Assembly (NCBI GenBank): GCA_040081625.1
Contig: JBEBGD010000153.1
Location: forward strand, 1 to 10,184
Source of the DNA: Chthoniobacteraceae bacterium
GTDB taxonomy: Bacteria; Verrucomicrobiota; Verrucomicrobiia; Chthoniobacterales; Chthoniobacteraceae
Length of the DNA: 10,184 nt
Direction of reading: 5' to 3'
Position 1 is the first letter of the stretch; each line of letters begins with the position of its first letter. Under the pieces are notes generated by a model. That model worked only from the letters and a program-made list of their open reading frames with translations. It searched no databases and was not told the origin of the DNA. Below, in pieces: positions 7,359 through 10,184 of the stretch. The translations under genes were made by a program, and so were the position numbers.

Positions 7359-7421
7359 TCGCGCGTCCGCGACGAAACTTCCCCTTTCATCCCGCCGCAT
7401 TCGCCCATCATTCTTTCCCCC

Positions 7422-7982
7422 ATGTCGATCACCGCCCGCACCACACCCATTTGGAAAAAGCAGAAGCTCTACGTCGGCCTCTTCCTGCTCGCCTTCGGCG
7501 GCTACTTTTTCTGGGACGGCGCGGTCGGCTGGCCGCGCAGCAACGAACGCTTCCTCAAGCACCGCGAGTTCGCGAAAGCCAACGACCTCGCCGGGTGGCG
7601 CGCCTACGCAAAGGGGCAAGGCTGGAGTGCGAAGCCGCCGGAAAAGCTGCACACTCCGACGGAAGTCAGCGGACAATTCATCTGGGGTGCCATCCCGACC
7701 ATCGGCGGACTTCTCACGCTGATGTATCTTGGCCTTCACAAAGGCCGCACCATCCAGCTCGACGACGAAGGCGTGAAATCGCCCGCCGGCCGGTGCGTGC
7801 CCTTCTCCGCAATCACAGGACTCGGCCTGAAAAAATGGGACGCGAAAGGCTACGCGATCGTGCGCTACACCCTCGGCGGACGGCAGGCGCAGTTCGTCGT
7901 GGACGACTACAAGTTCGAGACCGAGCCCGCGCACGCGATCGTCGATGAGATCAAGCGCCGGCTCGAATCGCGCGCCGGCTGA
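7422..7982 (+). CDS. Hypothetical membrane protein with 2 predicted TM helices and a soluble C-terminal domain, 186 aa
   Basis: Natural amino-acid composition and GC3-biased codons. TM1 is LYVGLFLLAFGGYFFWDGAVGW and TM2 is FIWGAIPTIGGLLTLMYLGL. Stop TGA 7980-7982 directly abuts the next start. Confidence 0.85.
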   Translation: MSITARTTPIWKKQKLYVGLFLLAFGGYFFWDGAVGWPRSNERFLKHREFAKANDLAGWRAYAKGQGWSAKPPEKLHTPTEVSGQFIWGAIPTIGGLLTLMYLGLHKGRTIQLDDEGVKSPAGRCVPFSAITGLGLKKWDAKGYAIVRYTLGGRQAQFVVDDYKFETEPAHAIVDEIKRRLESRAG

Positions 7983-10184
7983 GTGCGGAACTTCGCCACG
8001 ATCTTCCGCTGGCACGTGCTGCGATATACCGCGCGGCACAAGCTGCTCGCCGCGCTCAACGTGCTCAGCGTCGCGCTCGGCATCGCCGTGTATCTCGCCA
8101 TCCAGATCGCCAATCACAGCTCGAACGAATCCTTCGCCGCCGGCGTCGATCTCGTCGCCGGCAAGGCCCACCTCGAAGTCCGTGGCGACATCGACGAAAC
8201 GCTCTGGCCGCGACTCGCGCAAGCACCGGGAGTCAAGGCCGCGACCGCCGTCGTAGAAGGCGTCGCGACGCTGCCCGATCTGCCCGGCGAATACCTGCGC
8301 CTCGTCGGCGTGGACATCTTCACATCGACGCCGTTTTCCACCTTCCGGGTGGATGGCCGGCTCGATCTCGACCGATGGCTCGGGCAGCGCGGCAGCGTCG
8401 CGCTCACCACCGAGTTCGCCGCGCGCCATGCGCTCGTCGTCGGGAGCAAACTGCGCGCATCCATCGACGCGACGACCCACGAGCTCGAAGTCGTCGCGCT
8501 CATCGACACGCGCGACTCGCCCGCCGGCGCGCAGCCGCGCTTCGCCACGATGGATCTCGGCTGGGCGCAGGAGCTCTTCGGCACGCAGGGCCGGCTCAGC
8601 TCGATCCAGCTCCTGCTCGACGAGCCGCGGGACGCGCCGCAGATCGCCGCGAGCCTCGCGCTCCCGCCCGGCCTGCGCGCCGAGCCGCCGCGCCAGCGCA
8701 GCTTCCAGATGCAGACGATGCTCGCCGCCTTCCGGATGAACCTCACCGCGCTCAGCCTCGTCTCGCTCCTCGTCGGCGCCTTCCTCATCTACAACACCAT
8801 CTCCGCGTCCGTCGCGCGCCGCCGCGTCGAACTCGGAATCTTGCGCGCCCTCGGTGCCACGCGCTGGGAAGTGCGCGCGCTCTTCCTTGGCGAGGCACTC
8901 ATCTTCGGCGTCGCTGGCATCGTCATCGGCTCATTCGCCGGTATCGCTCTCGCAAGCGTCACCGTGCAGGCGGTCGAGCGCACCGTGTCGTCGCTCTACT
9001 TGCTGACGAGCATCGACCGGCAGTTCCTCAGCCCGTGGCAATTCGTCACCTCCGCCGCGCTCGGCATCGCCGCCGTGCTCGCGGGTGCGTGGATTCCCGC
9101 GGACGAAGCCGCACGCATCGATCCCATCGCGGCACTCAGCTCTGGCGCGCACGCGGAGCGCAGCGAACGCAGCCGCTGGCGCTGGTCGTGGATCGCCGCC
9201 GCCTGCCTCGCCCTCGCGCTGATCTTCTCCGCACTCGGGCTGCGCACCGGCCCGCCACTGCTCGCGTTCGTCGGCGCGTTCTTCACGCTCGCCGGATTCG
9301 CCGCGCTCGCGCCCTCCGCGACACGCTCGCTCGGCGCCGCCGCAACGACCGTCAGCCGGCTCGCCGCGGATCGCCTGCGGCGATCCATCCATCGCAACGC
9401 CGTGACCGTCGCCGCGCTCTCCACCGCCATCGCCATGACGGTCGGCCTCGCCGTGATGATTCACTCCTTCCGCCGCACCGTGGATCAATGGATGGCGCAA
9501 AGCGTCGTCGCCGACCTCTACATCGCGCCCGCATCGAACGAAGTCATCGGCCTCAGCGCCGCCGTCCCGGCTCCCGTGATCGAGTGGCTGCGGGCGCAGC
9601 CCGGCGTGGATTCGGTCGATACGTTCCGCGAGGTGCGCGTGTCGATCGGCTCGCAGCCCGCGCTGCTCGCCGTGATCGATGGGCGCTACCGCGGCAATCT
9701 CGACTTCGGCACGCGCGACGCCGCCCCGATCATGCGGCGCGTGATGCGCGGCGAAGCGGTCGCGGTGACGGAAAGCTTCGCGCGAAAGTTTCACCTCGGC
9801 GCTGGCGACACCGCGCGGCTCGCGTCGCCCGGCGGCCCGGTCGGGTTCCCGATTGCCGGCGTGTATCGCGATTACACGCGCGACCAAGGCGCGATCTTCA
9901 TCACGCGGGAACTCTTCGCGCGCCACTGGCCCGACGCCGGCCCGAACTCGCTCGCCGTTTATCTCCAGCCAAACGCCGACGCCGCGCGCGTGGCGGACGC
10001 GTTCACCGCGAAGTTCGGCGCGACCGGCGAGTTCGTCGTGTATTCCAACCGCACTCTGCGCCAGCGCATCTTGAAAATCTTCGACCAGACCTTCGCCGTG
10101 ACCGACGTGCTTCGCGTGATCGCGCTCGCCGTCGCGCTGCTCGGTGTCGCGCTCTCGGCCACGACGCTCGTGGCCGAGAGCGGC
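7983..10184 (+). CDS. ABC transporter permease, MacB/FtsX family with duplicated permease domains (YbbP/AttFG-like); 3' end outside the window
   Basis: Missing from the ORF track because there is no stop in the window. GTG7983 opens 734 codons to the end: MRNFATIFRWHVLRYTARHKLLAALNVLSVALGIAVYLAIQIAN..., FtsX-domain signature LSLVSLLVGAFLIYNTISASVARRRVELGILRALGATRWEVRALFLGEA, PADEAARIDPIAAL, second-repeat AALSTAIAMTVGLAVMIHSFRRTV, GVYRDYTRDQG and IFDQTFAVT. Confidence 0.93.
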   Translation, partial: MRNFATIFRWHVLRYTARHKLLAALNVLSVALGIAVYLAIQIANHSSNESFAAGVDLVAGKAHLEVRGDIDETLWPRLAQAPGVKAATAVVEGVATLPDLPGEYLRLVGVDIFTSTPFSTFRVDGRLDLDRWLGQRGSVALTTEFAARHALVVGSKLRASIDATTHELEVVALIDTRDSPAGAQPRFATMDLGWAQELFGTQGRLSSIQLLLDEPRDAPQIAASLALPPGLRAEPPRQRSFQMQTMLAAFRMNLTALSLVSLLVGAFLIYNTISASVARRRVELGILRALGATRWEVRALFLGEALIFGVAGIVIGSFAGIALASVTVQAVERTVSSLYLLTSIDRQFLSPWQFVTSAALGIAAVLAGAWIPADEAARIDPIAALSSGAHAERSERSRWRWSWIAAACLALALIFSALGLRTGPPLLAFVGAFFTLAGFAALAPSATRSLGAAATTVSRLAADRLRRSIHRNAVTVAALSTAIAMTVGLAVMIHSFRRTVDQWMAQSVVADLYIAPASNEVIGLSAAVPAPVIEWLRAQPGVDSVDTFREVRVSIGSQPALLAVIDGRYRGNLDFGTRDAAPIMRRVMRGEAVAVTESFARKFHLGAGDTARLASPGGPVGFPIAGVYRDYTRDQGAIFITRELFARHWPDAGPNSLAVYLQPNADAARVADAFTAKFGATGEFVVYSNRTLRQRILKIFDQTFAVTDVLRVIALAVALLGVALSATTLVAESG

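Noticed and set aside
10170..10184. Permease reads LVAESG where the family usually has an ER motif; gagagcggc may contain an extra AG
   Set aside because: It falls in the last bases of the window, so the frame cannot be checked without downstream sequence.
1..10184. CRISPR arrays, tRNA/rRNA, intrinsic terminators, defence or mobile-element genes
   Set aside because: No regularly spaced repeats, cloverleaf or rRNA signatures, hairpin-plus-U-tract or recognisable transposase/integrase motifs were seen by eye.

Overview
High-GC bacterial window with all credible genes on the + strand. A PVC-superphylum (Verrucomicrobia/Planctomycetes-like) origin is my inference from gene content and Shine-Dalgarno-less starts. 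1-4667 is the 3' end of a tightly coupled secretion-type operon: a 5'-truncated HlyD/membrane-fusion protein, a 713-aa fusion (PqqD/RRE-like N-domain, M50 zinc metalloprotease, HlyD-like hairpin), and a short secondary SecA ATPase. The SecA is about 664 aa, has a +1 frameshift near 3184-3191, and lacks the wing domain, two-helix finger and C-tail. This module is the most interesting item: it looks like a type I-like exporter powered by a SecA paralogue rather than an ABC ATPase. 4845-6872 holds a secreted alpha/beta hydrolase and an aldo/keto reductase, bracketed by a degenerate ~35-bp direct repeat. 6873-7421 is a lower-GC spacer with two doubtful small ORFs. 7422-10184 holds a 186-aa membrane protein abutting a MacB/FtsX-family ABC permease that runs off the window and is absent from the ORF track. 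No RNA genes, CRISPR arrays or transposases were seen.
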